Positions 47,165-59,342 of a stretch of DNA of 64,000 nt are shown here, piece after piece. The stretch covers positions 5,630,206 through 5,694,205 of the forward strand of contig CM082587.2 in the NCBI GenBank assembly GCA_040954595.2, in the 5' to 3' direction. Positions within the stretch are counted from its first letter, which is position 1, and every line of letters begins with the position of its first letter. The position numbers were made by a program, and so were the translations under genes. The notes under the pieces are model-generated. The model did no database searches and had not been told where the DNA came from. It saw only the letters and a program-made list of their open reading frames with translations. Origin of the DNA: Balanoglossus misakiensis (lineage: Eukaryota; Animalia; Hemichordata).

Positions 47165-50100
47165 ATGTGGCGTGTATTTGCTTCGCTCGCCATTTTGGCT
47201 GGCTTTGCAGCCTGCCAGCAGAACCACACCGTTCCTGCGCCCAGGTACCGCTTCGACTTAGACACGCCGCCCGAGAAGCGATGGGACAACATCGTCAAGG
47301 ACTGGGACAAGAAACTACTGCAGTATTTCATTGGCGAGGTGCTCAGGTGAGAACTGTTCAAACGCGGTGTACACTGGCATCACTGTAAAGGTACTTTTTG
47401 GGAATAGTGCCAACATTATTTCCCCGGGGAATGGGGAAAGAGGGAGTCAGTGTACCAGGAGATGTATACGGACGGGTGATAGAAGGTTTGGAAAAGTGCG
47501 TTGTCATTATAGGCAAATTCACAAATTATAAATAAATAAACCTGGATCCCTGCATTGATAAATTTAGATTGCAAAGTTCACTAGCCCAATCACAAAGGTT
47601 AGATCTGTGAACGAACTTTCTGAGGTCGCCGTATAATCAAAAGCTTCGACCTCGTGTCGAACCCATGTTGATCATTATTTATCTATTTATTTTTTACATA
47701 TACTTCCAATTGTCAATGTTATATCACAGAGACTATCTCCCTCCACTCGTTATCCCTATCCTGGAGACGGTTGCCAAGGCAGCAGATCCTCTGATTCCAA
47801 GTCCTTACCGACAAGAGATGGAGGGTTTCTCCCGAGCGACTGGCGTCAAATTATCAGATGTTATTGCATTGAACTTGGAGTATGAGTTTATGACGTGAGT
47901 GACATAGATGCATAGCCATCGTGTGATTTTAAAAAATTGAAAACCAAGTATCACGGATATGGTAAAATGCAACTCTTATGGAAGTTCTCGCTTTAAAAAT
48001 AAATCTTTATTTGAGTGGTCTGTGTATGTCAATGAAAACCGTTCTCTGCCGTGCATTCACCAAGACTTAGTGCGTTAGCTTGACGTTAGCTAGCTTTCTA
48101 TACGGTAGTGTTGTCGGGTTTTTTTTCTTCCAGGTTCTGTACAAGCATAGTCGCCCAAGATTCCCAAGGACGAATCTGGCATGGTCGAAACATGGACTAT
48201 GGTTTCGTCGATGTGCTGCGAAATATCACGGTTATACTTGACGTCACGAGGAGCGGAAAGGTAAATACCACAAACCCCTCACGAGCCACACACTAACTCG
48301 CATTAGAAATTAACAAAAATATTCATTAAATAATTATATTACAAATCAATTATTTTTCGGTAGGTAATATACACCGCCACTACGTTCCTGGGATTCTCCG
48401 GTATGCTGACAGGGATGAAGCCAAATGGTTTTTCTATAACAGTCGATGCAAGAGGTGAGATGTATATATAAACCAGTACAGTTTTGTCAGTTTGTGTGAC
48501 TTCTGATTTAAGGGGGTATACGCGCACTAGGATGTCTGGACAACCATAGACAGTAGCTTCTGCAATTGTTAATTTCATTAAGTTACACATAGCTCAGCCA
48601 AATGATATTAAATTCAGTGGGCGAATAAATTAAACCGCACGGTCACCCTATTCAATTCAAATAACGCAGGTAGCTCCGGATCAAAAACCGACTGGTGGAA
48701 AAATGTGTTGGAAGCTTTCAACGCGCTCTTCCTTGGGGGAGCTTCCTTTGCAAGTTACCTGCCGAGAGAGGTGGGTAGAGTCAGCTGAGGTTTTGAAAGA
48801 ATCTCCACAATTTTTTTTAAATCCTGCTATAACGGCATTTCTTCTTTTCATGTTAATTTTACTTCTTACGTTGATCTGTTGTCTGTTAACTGAAAGTTTT
48901 ATGATCGTTACCGCCTTTCGTTTCATTGTACGACAACAGGTATTTGAAAGCGAAGCGAATTTCCACGACGCCGTGCACAAACTGTCAACCAGGCAGATTC
49001 TTGCGCCGGTCTACTACATCGTGGGTGGGGTGAAAGCCGGCGAGGGGGCAGTTGTGACTCGCGATCGGTACAAGGCGAGAGATGTGTGGTTTCTGAACCC
49101 GAACAACGGCACGTAAGTGAATTTTTGAAAGTGAGAAACTTGATATTAGATTCACCACCACCACCACCACCACCACCACATGGTGATGAGTTTGGGCTCA
49201 GAGAAACCAGACAGCAGTGTTGACGGGTCCTGGGTCGGGCACTGTCTTCCAATGTGGGAGCAAACGAAATCTAATCCCCGTGCACTATGTTTTACTGGCC
49301 ATGGCCACATCATATAGACGGATTGCGCGTTGTGTATGAACAACATTCTTTTCTTTCGCTTGGCGCAGGTGGTTTCTTGTGGAAACAAACTACGACCACT
49401 GGCTTCCCCCGCCCACAGGTGACGATCGGAGGTAGGTAATAACACAGTGACCACACACCGTGGTAATAATTGTAATACATGTACATGCAACACCACGCAC
49501 GTGTCAAGTATGCGTTCTTAGATATAGGCAGTTTCATGCATAGCCGTGGTTCTTACCGAAAAATCGTGGTTCTTACGTTATACAGCCTACAAAGTCAAAA
49601 TTTTTCAAGGTTTTAGCTTACAGAGTCTTGTTTTAGTCTATGCAATGATAATTTGTCATTAAAAATTAACAACAAACCAGTTTATTTACCACAGTCGACA
49701 GGCAAACTCCGTACGGTGGGCTCCCAAAACTCCTCCAAGGCGACGGCACAGCTACCAGACCAGAATCAAAATGAGCCACCCGACAACGTGGCACTGGGTG
49801 ATTTTATACGACCAAAAACACCTGGTCACGCTAATATGTTAAATAAAGAAATAAACATAGGTGCACCTGGCCACGAAAACAAACTTCTCCTACGTAACAA
49901 CTTCTTTTTTTTTCAGAGATCCGGCAGTCAAATTTATGAAATCCGTCGGCCAGGATAAAATCAACGGCAAAACTATGTATGACGTCATGTCAACTCCCCC
50001 AGTACTCAGGTCGTAAGTAGCCGCCGATGAAAATTACGCAGACATTTCAGTTGATCTCATTCATTCCAAAAACCACCCAAAAACTGAGCATTTCTGTCAA

Positions 50101-50300
50101 CGAGTTTATAAAACTAGATATTGAAAAAATTGTAACCACTATTTTGTATTTCTCTACATCGCATGAACAGTCCCACCGTCTACACCGCGGTCATATCGGC
50201 AGCCGACCCGGGGTCCTACGCCACCTACGTGCGCTATGTGTTCCTGCCCACCCTCCAACCGTGGCCAGAAACTTGGGAAGATGCTATTGATCACGTGTGA
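47165..50300 (+). CDS. NAAA: N-acylethanolamine-hydrolysing acid amidase (NAAA/acid ceramidase family Ntn hydrolase), 9 exons
   Basis: Exons 47165-47346, 47730-47894, 48134-48260, 48364-48454, 48670-48770, 48940-49112, 49369-49431, 49917-50012, 50171-50300. Has a signal peptide, DLDTPPEKRW, catalytic CTSIVAQDSQGRIWHGRNMDY, YYIVGGVKAGEGAVVTRDR and FLVETNYDHW. AATAAA at ~50633. Confidence 0.9.
49660..49899 (-). mobile_element. Truncated solo-LTR-like fragment in NAAA intron 7, related to the element at 31476-32175
   Basis: Both elements share acacctggtcacgc.aatat.t.aaat, a second cacctgg.cac...aac..caaacttct and the terminal ctacgtaaca. The left boundary is uncertain. Confidence 0.55.
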
Positions 50301-51020
50301 TGTTTTACCTGCCTACCGCCGAATGCCAGCAATACTACAGATGCGCAATTACCACGGAGAATGCGGTCAACGGTGACTGTATATAATTTGTGAGAACCTG
50401 AGACACGTCGACGGACGCCGAGGGTGCCTTAAAATATTTTCATATTCTGTCCATCGACTTGTAAGATGTAAAAGCCGCTGTTCACGTTTAATTCAGTGTG
50501 ATCTAATCCTTAACATTTGAAACTTCAATGCTTTTATGTAAATTTGTGTTGTGATATTCCGACACTCATCAAATGAGTTCCATTTGACCTACACGTACTC
50601 AGGAAATTATGTAAATTTGTAAAGATTTAAGCAATAAAGGCCATTTTATCTATTCAGTGAGTGTGAAGTAAACTGTTTTCGTGGTTGTAGTATTGGGGGT
50701 AATTTGACGGATTTCATTATTTTAGGGTATTACGTGAGAAACAGAACCGCTGTTGGTGAAATAAATATCATAGACCATTTTTATTTACTTTACGATGGGT
50801 TTTGCGCAGCGTTTCCGTGAATCGCATGAACAGGACATCACGTGTGGAAGACTTCCGTGACAATCATTCTGATCATGCAGTGCGCGCAGTGCGCACGCAT
50901 TCTCCGCGCCCGTTTCCGAACGTCACAATGCACGCAATGGTGTTGGACTGAACAAGACAAAACACGTAATTTTCATCGGAGCGTTCAGACAAGGAAATCG
51001 TCCGGGGTTGCGTACCATGC

Positions 51021-53261
51021 ATGTTTTGTGGCGTTAAACGCCCAGACATGGTTTTCTTAACCATACTTAGTTATCTCACACTGATATACTACAGGAGCAC
51101 TGGACGGGCTTGGCCGAAATTTGGCGGTGAGTTTGAAATCCGCGTGGTTTCACTTGATCAACGCGCGCACAGTGTCAATGCCAAGTCTTCAAGCTATTCA
51201 TTTTTTTAATTCATGGATGCTGGGATGTTTTCCCCTCATCTATGTTGTTTCTTATGATTGCCTTTTCTTCCAGGTGATGCAAAGTTTTACTCCGATCGAG
51301 AGCAGCATCTGGATGTAGCGATCCCTGCGAGGAACATCCAAGGCAGGGGGAAGCCGACCAAACGGATTGTTTTACTGCATGTGCGAAAATCTAGACCTGA
51401 CCAACTGTTTGATGATGCCGTAGACGACGTGCGTGGAGAGAAATCTCCGCTGGAGACCCGGACGACGGAGAATGTAGCCGAGTCTTCGGCCGCATGCAAC
51501 GCAGTGACTGCCGATCGAATCTGCGACCGCGCCGAACGCCAACTTTCCGATGCCAGGAACGACGAGCTGTCCAGAGAAATGACACCACTTGAAACGTCGC
51601 TTGATGACCTTGGCGAATCTGACGAGTCCGTACCAGCGAGCGACTTGAACGACGACGGAGGCACCATTCCGACCGCGGCTATGTCCGCCGCCACTCGCGA
51701 CCTGCTGGAGGGCGTGAGTCGTGTCACCACCAGACCCCGGCCGCCTCTTGCAACAACAAAGTCATCGCCGCATCTCAGAATGGCGGCAACGCTCAACCAG
51801 TTCCGCCGTTGCCTAGAGAAGAAGTCCGTGCCTCGTCTCCGAACGTGCGAATTTCTCCAGCCCCAGCAGGAAGTGGAGCGGGGCTTCGATGTCGACGTGG
51901 ACGGCTGCGCAGTCAAGCAGAGTCCGGCATATCGCATCACCTGGTCAGATGTCATCTTGGCTCCGGTGTTCGGCACAGTAACATTTGTTGCTATGGCGGT
52001 GAGTTGTATTCCAACGCGCTAATAAACAGTCCCCGGTCCCTTTTATTTGCCTGCTGACTAATGCTTAACTAATCTTTAATCCATGATGCAGGTAACCATG
52101 GCGATGATATCCATGGTGCACGTCCGAATGTACGAAGAATTTCTCGACATTGATGTGAACGACCAACCAGTTGCCGGTGTTGTGTATTCCGCCTGTGTCT
52201 ACCTGATGCTGCAGATCTCTCTGACTGCGACCATCAATCTTCTCGCCAAGAAACTCACTGATATGGGTACGTATGCTTGCGATCTATGAACCCCACAATT
52301 CACGTCTATAGCACAAACAAATTAAACTATCAATAATGTAACGATACGTATCTCTTCGGTTTCAAGCCCACGGAACACAATCTGTGTGATAGATTCGGTA
52401 ATGTACTAATGTTTTGTTGACTGCCCTCTTTCGTTTGTAGAAAACCACCGTTGGAAAATGCAATATAGAATCTCTCTGTGCATGAAGCAAGTCCTGCTCA
52501 CCCTGGTTGGAATTCTGGCTCCAGTAGTCTACGTTACAGGCAGAATCGCGATCTTCAGGTAATAATGTGTAATTATTTATAATTCTGCACTGCTTCGAGT
52601 TTGATTTTTGTCTCGGTAATATTACCGAATATTGGTACTTGTACTTAATTATCCATCAAATTCTGATGTGACCATTTATTCCTCCAGGTTCCTGGTGCCC
52701 ACCGACATTGTGACAAAGATTTTGCATTTTCTGAAACCGTTGCTGCTCGCAGTGGTGCCCCCTTGCTGGCTGCGCGACCTTTTACCTCACGTCTGTCCTT
52801 ACGACGTACCCGTGGCCGACATGCACGCCTTCGCCAAACTGGCAGCTCACGTGATTCTCGTTACCATGGCGGCCAATGTTGCCCCGTTGAAGACCAATAA
52901 TGGTGTGCTGAGTGGTCTGTTCAGGAAGAGGTAATAAGTGGGATTATTTTCACCTGCAACTGTCCCAGGGAGCGTTCGAAACTCATGGACATGTTTGTGT
53001 GTTCTGATGAGCCATAGATTTGCTTTGCGCCACACAATCATAAGACACGGTAGAACTCACGATACAGAAAACGCAATACTGCGACAAAGAGGGTCCAAAA
53101 TGCATGAATTTGCTGGAAATTAAACCAAACGACCTTATCTTCAACACCAAGACCCAATTGTACCAGCACTCTACTAATATTTTCAAAACTGGCGGTGATG
53201 TTAAAATCTCACCGTTGTTGCACTCCACAGGTTGAGAAGAGCGAACAGTCGCAGTCCATAA
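51021..53261 (+). CDS. Uncharacterised multi-pass membrane protein, paralogue A (6 exons)
   Basis: Exons 51021-51126, 51274-51998, 52092-52266, 52441-52558, 52688-52930, 53231-53261, phase-consistent. Each exon is homologous to the matching exon of paralogue C (e.g. ITWSDVILAPVFGT, VRMYEEFLDIDVNDQPVAGVVYSACVYLMLQISLTAT, KQVLLTLVG, AHVILVTM..PLKTNNGV). Confidence 0.7.
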
Positions 53262-53565
53262 GACCAGCGAGAACACCAAACCAACAGGACAGCTGTTTTT
53301 TCTAATTCAATCATGAAGTAAAAACGTCAAGTCAACTTCGCATCGTGGATATTTGTACAAGATGTAGACTCGTTGTCCTGGTTATAATAAAGCTGGGTTT
53401 TTGGTGATTTTTTGTGGACCCGACCTATCTGTCCAATATATACACACATTCTATGGCGACGACAGCATGTCATCTAAGTCAGTTCATGTGCGCACTTTTC
53501 TGCGCATCATTCTCGAACATCTAAAAAGTACAACGCTCGACACTAGGTCTGGGATATAAACACCA

Positions 53566-54579
53566 ATGTTCTCTGCCTTCATGGAAAATTTCCTCGCATC
53601 TCTCGTGCATTTCGCTGACTTGCCGCTGGACGTAACTCTGGCCACCTTGATCAGTTTGGCCCCTTTCCTATTCTACCGAACCATCAGACGCCGAGCTTGT
53701 TCCGAACGAGGTGGTAAGTGTCACTTTTGTTGCAAGAGTAAAAGCTCCGGGATCGATACTACACTCTGGTTGCCAGCGTTCCAAAACCTCATCACTGTTA
53801 CACACGGAACCCACCAACGTTTTCTAAGTTCCTTCTTTTGACTTCTGGCATTGTTCAAACGTTTACTATAAACCGTCGTGAAGTTGGCGAATATTCTTCG
53901 TAAATGAATCTCACCAAAACCCCCGAGAAAATGATATGAATTAAATATATGTGCAAGTTGTTGAAATTGCTTGGTGTTTTCAGATCGTGTGAAGAAAATG
54001 TGCAAGTAAGTCACACTTACAACACAGATTAATTTTATAGCAAAAGTCGCGCTTTCACCGACTTTACCAATACAAGCAACTTCCATGGCCACTTTCAGGA
54101 GATTTACTGACATCGATCGTCTTTGATTCATTTTCCATTAGAGACCGAGTCACGCCGACCACCAGACCGACCACCAGTCGACCGACCACCGGATCGACCG
54201 CTGGCAGAGCCACCGGAACTGATAGAGATCGCCTCGGACGACTGGGACGGCGTTCAGTCGACGAACAAGATCGTGCTGCATCACCTCCCCAAGAACGGAT
54301 CCGGAGACGGCGCGAAAGCCCACCCTCTGCTTGACGAAGAAGATGCCCTTGAGCGCCCAGCTCAACCAGGAAAGACCATTGGAGACTATGTCGGACAATT
54401 TGCTGGAATTTTCGCCGACAGATTTTAACGCGGACGGCGAATTTAGCCTTCCTATCAGAGACGATACACTTGATGATGACCGGAATGGTGTTTTGTTGAA
54501 CTTGTTGACAAATAAGACGATCGAGTTTCAAAACATGCTTGATGACTTCATTGAGATTACTCACGGTGTAATAATTTAA
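53566..54579 (+). pseudogene. Paralogue B of the same family: exon 1 and part of exon 2 only, apparently frameshifted (or a short single-pass protein)
   Basis: Exon 53566-53713 (TM then RRRACSERG|gtaagt). Exon from 54142 encodes RRPPDRP..AEPPE..DDWDGVQSTNKIVLHHLPKN, near-identical to paralogue C. That frame stops at 54428, while similarity (ERPLETMSDNLLE vs ERSPLDKTMESLVE) resumes in another frame to 54579. No TM exons 3-6 follow. Confidence 0.55.
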
Positions 54580-55242
54580 AATTGAACTTCAATAAATAAA
54601 TAAATCAAATAATTAATACATATTTATGTTTACATCTTTGTATAGTTTTAATTATTAAAATGCGACCATATATACTGGGTTGAGAACATCAAACAAAGCA
54701 CACATGGCAAGCCCCGGTCATGAGGGAAGCAAGGCAGGCAAGCAAACCTTTGAGAAATATTTATACAAAATTGCATTATTTTGAAAGTCTAGACCGCCCG
54801 ATTCGAAATAAATTGTTATCGATTTTCCTCTTTCTGAAAACCTTGCGTGGTGTCTTACAAAAAATATTGGCACTCTGAAATCATTGGTACCAATGGAAGT
54901 TGCAAATTGACTCAAGTCCTCTCAAGAAGATAGCACCGTTTAAATTTACATTTGACTATTTGACTAGAATTTGTGGGTGCAATATTTTATCACTGCTCAC
55001 AATGTCCCGAAATGCATCATGTAGTTGTGTTTGATTCCCCCATGAAACGTAATGATATCTAACTGCACAGGGCAATATCTGGTTCTACTGATCGCCGCGT
55101 GAACTGCACAAGATCGCGAACTACGTGCATTCGATGAGATGCGCACACACCCATTGTGGTGGAACGTCACAATGGAGTGACGCGCACAGCCTGAACAATT
55201 GGCCAGACTGAGAACTTGGTCATCTTCCTATGTGCGTTCGCC

Positions 55243-58200
55243 ATGGAGGACCAAATTCTCACCACTCTTGTGGAAGCCGAGGCCGATCCTATAGAAATGG
55301 CTGTTTTTACCATCGTAGGATATTTTCTTTTCCTTGTCTGCCAAAACGTCAGACGACGGGTTTGGCCTGGACGACGCGGTAAGTGTGAATTTTGCGTGTA
55401 AAAAAGTATTTTGCGGGAGTGTGTCTAGCGTTGCACTGTTACGCGCCAAACTCATGCGCATCTTACTTGGACACCTGTATGTTTTTATGTCATGAATTTG
55501 ATGCGTGACGTCAACTCTAATGACAGTTATCTCCATTTTCACTGTCAGACGTTTCGCATGCATCATATAAAGGACACGATTTTAGTTTGAATATGTTGTA
55601 TATCTATCAACCGCGTACCATACCACGGTTGATGTATAGTATTCTCATGTACCAGCAAATTCCACGATAACTTTGAACAGAACCATGAAAATCACAACCC
55701 TTCACAATTTTCTTCGCTTTTTACTTTAATAGACGCCCAGTCGCGCCGAGAACCAGACCGACCACCCGATCGACCGCCGGCTGAGCCACCGGAACCGGCG
55801 GTGAATACTGCGGACGAGTGGGACGGCGTTCAGTCGACGAACAGGATCGTGCTGCACAACCTCCCCCGGAACAACCCCGGCAGCCGACCAACGGATGGAA
55901 ACACCGCATCCGAAAACGACGAGAACACCCGACCCCTCTTTGACGACGCCGTGAACGACCTCGCCGCAGAGAGATCTCCCCTGGATAAGACGATGGAAAG
56001 CCTGGTCGAAGCTTCGGCCGTTTCCAACGCAATGACGACTATGACCAAGGATGACCGAGTCCACGACCGCGCCACCGAATCCCGCCCGGCGACTGCCGAT
56101 GCCCAGAAAGATCTGGCGACCGGAGAACCGCGTCCATCTGATCCGGAGACGACGTCTGAAAACCTCGTCGAGTCCACCGCTTCCAACTCCAGTGTGGACC
56201 GTAAGACGGGTCTGACTCAAGATCAAGACCAAGACAAATCCGTATCTTCGAACGACCGGGCGACCGCAGACAAGACCACTACTCCGACCACCAAATCACC
56301 CACTCCCTACCGCGTCCTTCTGGAGACCGTGGGTCAAGTCACCAGACCCCCGCTTCCTGTCGAAAAATCAAAGTCCTCCCCGTACATTGATAAGCCAACG
56401 GTCTACTACTATGGTCCCCAGAAACGCTCTGCGATTGTCGTCTACTCGTACAAATTGTCCCAGAAGACACGGGAACCGGACAACGACGTCTATGTTGACG
56501 CTTCGGATGAAATGTCCCTGGCTGATGACGAGACCACCTTGTCAGACCTCGACGTAAACTCTCTGGAGTTCGGGACCACCTGGCCCTGGACAGACGCTGC
56601 GGACCAAACCTCTCTGGCCAGCGAGATCTCCTGGTCCGACGTCTTCTTGACTCCGGTGTACGGCACCTTGGCTGGTGTTGCTATGATGGCGAGTTTTATT
56701 TTTCAAACAAGCAGACCTTTTCTTCACTTCTTGTGTTCTTCTTTATAACTGTTATCGCACGAAGAGAACCGTTCAAACTTCCATTGTGTATATTATGAGT
56801 GACGTTTTCTCTGATGCACATACTACTATGTTGCAAGATAATTCGTGTGGAATACCTGTCTTTGTATATATCTACTTTCTGTTCTTACTACTCGCAGGTG
56901 GCCATGTCAATGGTCTTCCTAGTGTACGTCCGACTGTACGAAGACTTCTTCGACATTGACGTGAACGAGCACCCAGTCACCGGCCTTGTGTATTCTGCCT
57001 GCGTCTACTTGATGCTGCAACTGTCTCTGACTGCGACCACCAACTGCCTCGCTGCCAAGCTCACCAAACTGGGTGAGTATGACTCGTGATGAATGGCATC
57101 GTTTCGTATAGTGGCGCGCCCCCGGGCAGTCAATTATCACGACGGTGACTGGGCATCTCAAATCATTGGGACAGAGACGTTAAAACAAGCCCTGCCTTGG
57201 TTGTATATTAATGCCACATTCAATTCAGTTTGAAGATGACACTCTATCACTGACTTGATCGACGCCCTGAGGTTTCTAGTCTGAGATACGAGAAATGTGC
57301 ATCAGTAAGGCGAGACGGCAATATGCAAAAACTTTCTAAGGGAGCATTCGTTTTTTACAGGGAGGGGGGGGGGCCGGTGGAATTTGAGTCGCCGACTAAA
57401 TGTAAAAGGCAACCCCCCCTGGAAATTACTTTTCTAAAATGTGACCCCCCCCCAAAAAAAAAAAAAAGTTTATCCACCGGATTAAACTTATCATGGACAC
57501 AGCGCTCCCATGAAAAGAATTTGAAACCGATATTTCCCCTCATCAGTGGGTATTAAAACTGAACATTGTTTTTATTTTTTAAGTATTTGTATTCTGTGTT
57601 GGGAGACATAGTAAACCGAGAATTGAAGGGGGTGGGTTTGGGAGGGGGTGTCCCCCTCCCACGTAAGAAAATTTTATAAAATACAGAGCTCAAAGCTGCA
57701 TTTTAATGAACCCAGCAAAAGCAAATTAACGTCGCCGCTCAAAGTTATCATGGGGTGGGGGCAAGTCCCCTGACCTGGGACACTAGATAAACCAGTCAAT
57801 GATTGAAAGGTGTTGATGAATGGAGGGGGTGGGTGTGGGAGGGGGTGTCCCCCTCCCACATTAGAAAATTTTGTAAAATAAAGGACGCGAAACTGCATTT
57901 TTGTGGACTCAAAATAAATATTTAGCCGTCAAAGTTTTCAAGTCCCCCCCTTTCAGTCCCTATATAATAATCCCTTGATTATAAAATTTGTCCCCCCCTA
58001 AAAACTGCTTTGTAAAAGTAAACCCCCCCTGATTTCCACCGGCCCCCCCCCTCCCTGTAAAAAACGAATGCTCCCTAACGCATCTTGTATTTTTGATTAC
58101 CGCCACAGAGACCCACACTGGTGCAAAAGGACACGAAATCTCTCTGCGTGTGAAGCAAGTGCTTCTGACCCTGGTAGGAGTTGCTGCTCCGATAATTTAC

Positions 58201-59053
58201 GCCACAGGCCGAGTTCTGATCTTCAGGTATGGTTTTGATCGATCATCATCATCTTCATTATCATCACTGTTATCACTATTATTCACTTGCGTCATCTTCC
58301 ATACACACCGACCCTAACAAACGTTCTATTATTCTAACAGATTGCTGTTGCCTGGTGATTTGGCTTCAGGAATGCTACTGCATTTAAAACCCTTGCTGGA
58401 TGCAACCGTCTGCCCTAGCTGGCTCCGTGACCATAACATTGACACTGACACCTGTCCTATGGCACCCGACGCTGACATGAGTGAACTCACCAGACTCCTG
58501 GCGCACGTGATCCTTGTAATGACCGTGATCACCTTTGACCCCTTTAAGACCAACAACGGCGTGGCAGTTGACCTCTTTTGGAAAAAGTAAGTCTTCACGG
58601 TTTGTACTTTTACCTAGACCCCCTTCTCAATCATTTGAGTCGCGAATGGACTGTCAAGAGTTTCTCCTCTGACCCAAACATTTAACTATCCATCATTTAA
58701 TTTTGGTCCGCATTAAGACTTATTTGTAGGAGTTAACATTATACTCATGTACATAGTGTGAGATGAGTTGTAACAAGTGGTTATTTAACATATATCGTGA
58801 GTAGAACACCATCAATAGCCCATCAAATGAAACTAAAACAACACAAATAATGTCAAAATTTAAGGATTTTCCCCTCGAAGTTGACGAACCCTACGTGATA
58901 TTCACAATACCACTGTGATTTCGACTCGACAGATTGAAAAGGGGGATCAGCCGCGGCTCTTCTCCGGACCAGACACAGCAATCACCAAGACAACCAGCTC
59001 CAGAATGGAACCTGGAAGACCAGTTTCAAATGTTGGAGACATTCCACGTTTGA
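55243..59053 (+). CDS. Uncharacterised multi-pass membrane protein, paralogue C (6 exons; intron 2 has a GC donor)
   Basis: Exons 55243-55378, 55733-56688, 56898-57072, 58109-58226, 58341-58586, 58933-59053. N-terminal TM, long low-complexity T/S/D/E/P linker, several hydrophobic helices, C-terminus ..QMLETFHV*. AATAAA at 59095. Confidence 0.7.
57340..58075. mobile_element. PIF/Harbinger (Tourist-like) MITE in intron 3 of paralogue C
   Basis: taa|gggagcattcgttttttacagggagggggggggccggtggaa ... ttccaccggccccccccctccctgtaaaaaacgaatgctccc|taa: ~42 bp TIRs and a TAA target duplication. Internal ~45 bp direct repeat at ~57628 and ~57825. Confidence 0.85.
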
Positions 59054-59342
59054 GGTTTTTCTGTCTGAGGGGCATTTGTTCTACCCTGCTTCTGAATAAA
59101 ATGTTCTTCTCGGGAACCCGAGACATTTTGTCGGCGTGTCTGATTTGTACTGATCGACGACAAACACGCAGCCTGTAACTGTGGAAAACACAAGGACGTT
59201 TTGATGAAAATAGATTAAATATTTATTTCTGTTGTCATATAGAAACATTGTGATCGCAAAGCTCAGTTTAGCCACGTTCGCGCCACACATGTGGTTTGGC
59301 ATGCAGCGCTAAAAGCCATGTGCAGTACAGAAATATGCCATG

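Noticed and set aside
2-50300. Putative lipid-metabolism gene cluster (GAL3ST, CYP4, NAAA, LDLa protein)
   Set aside because: The genes are interleaved with unrelated housekeeping genes and there is no evidence of a shared pathway or regulation.
50424-50431. miR-124 8-mer seed match (gtgcctta) in the NAAA 3' UTR
   Set aside because: A single short match is expected by chance, and conservation cannot be assessed here.
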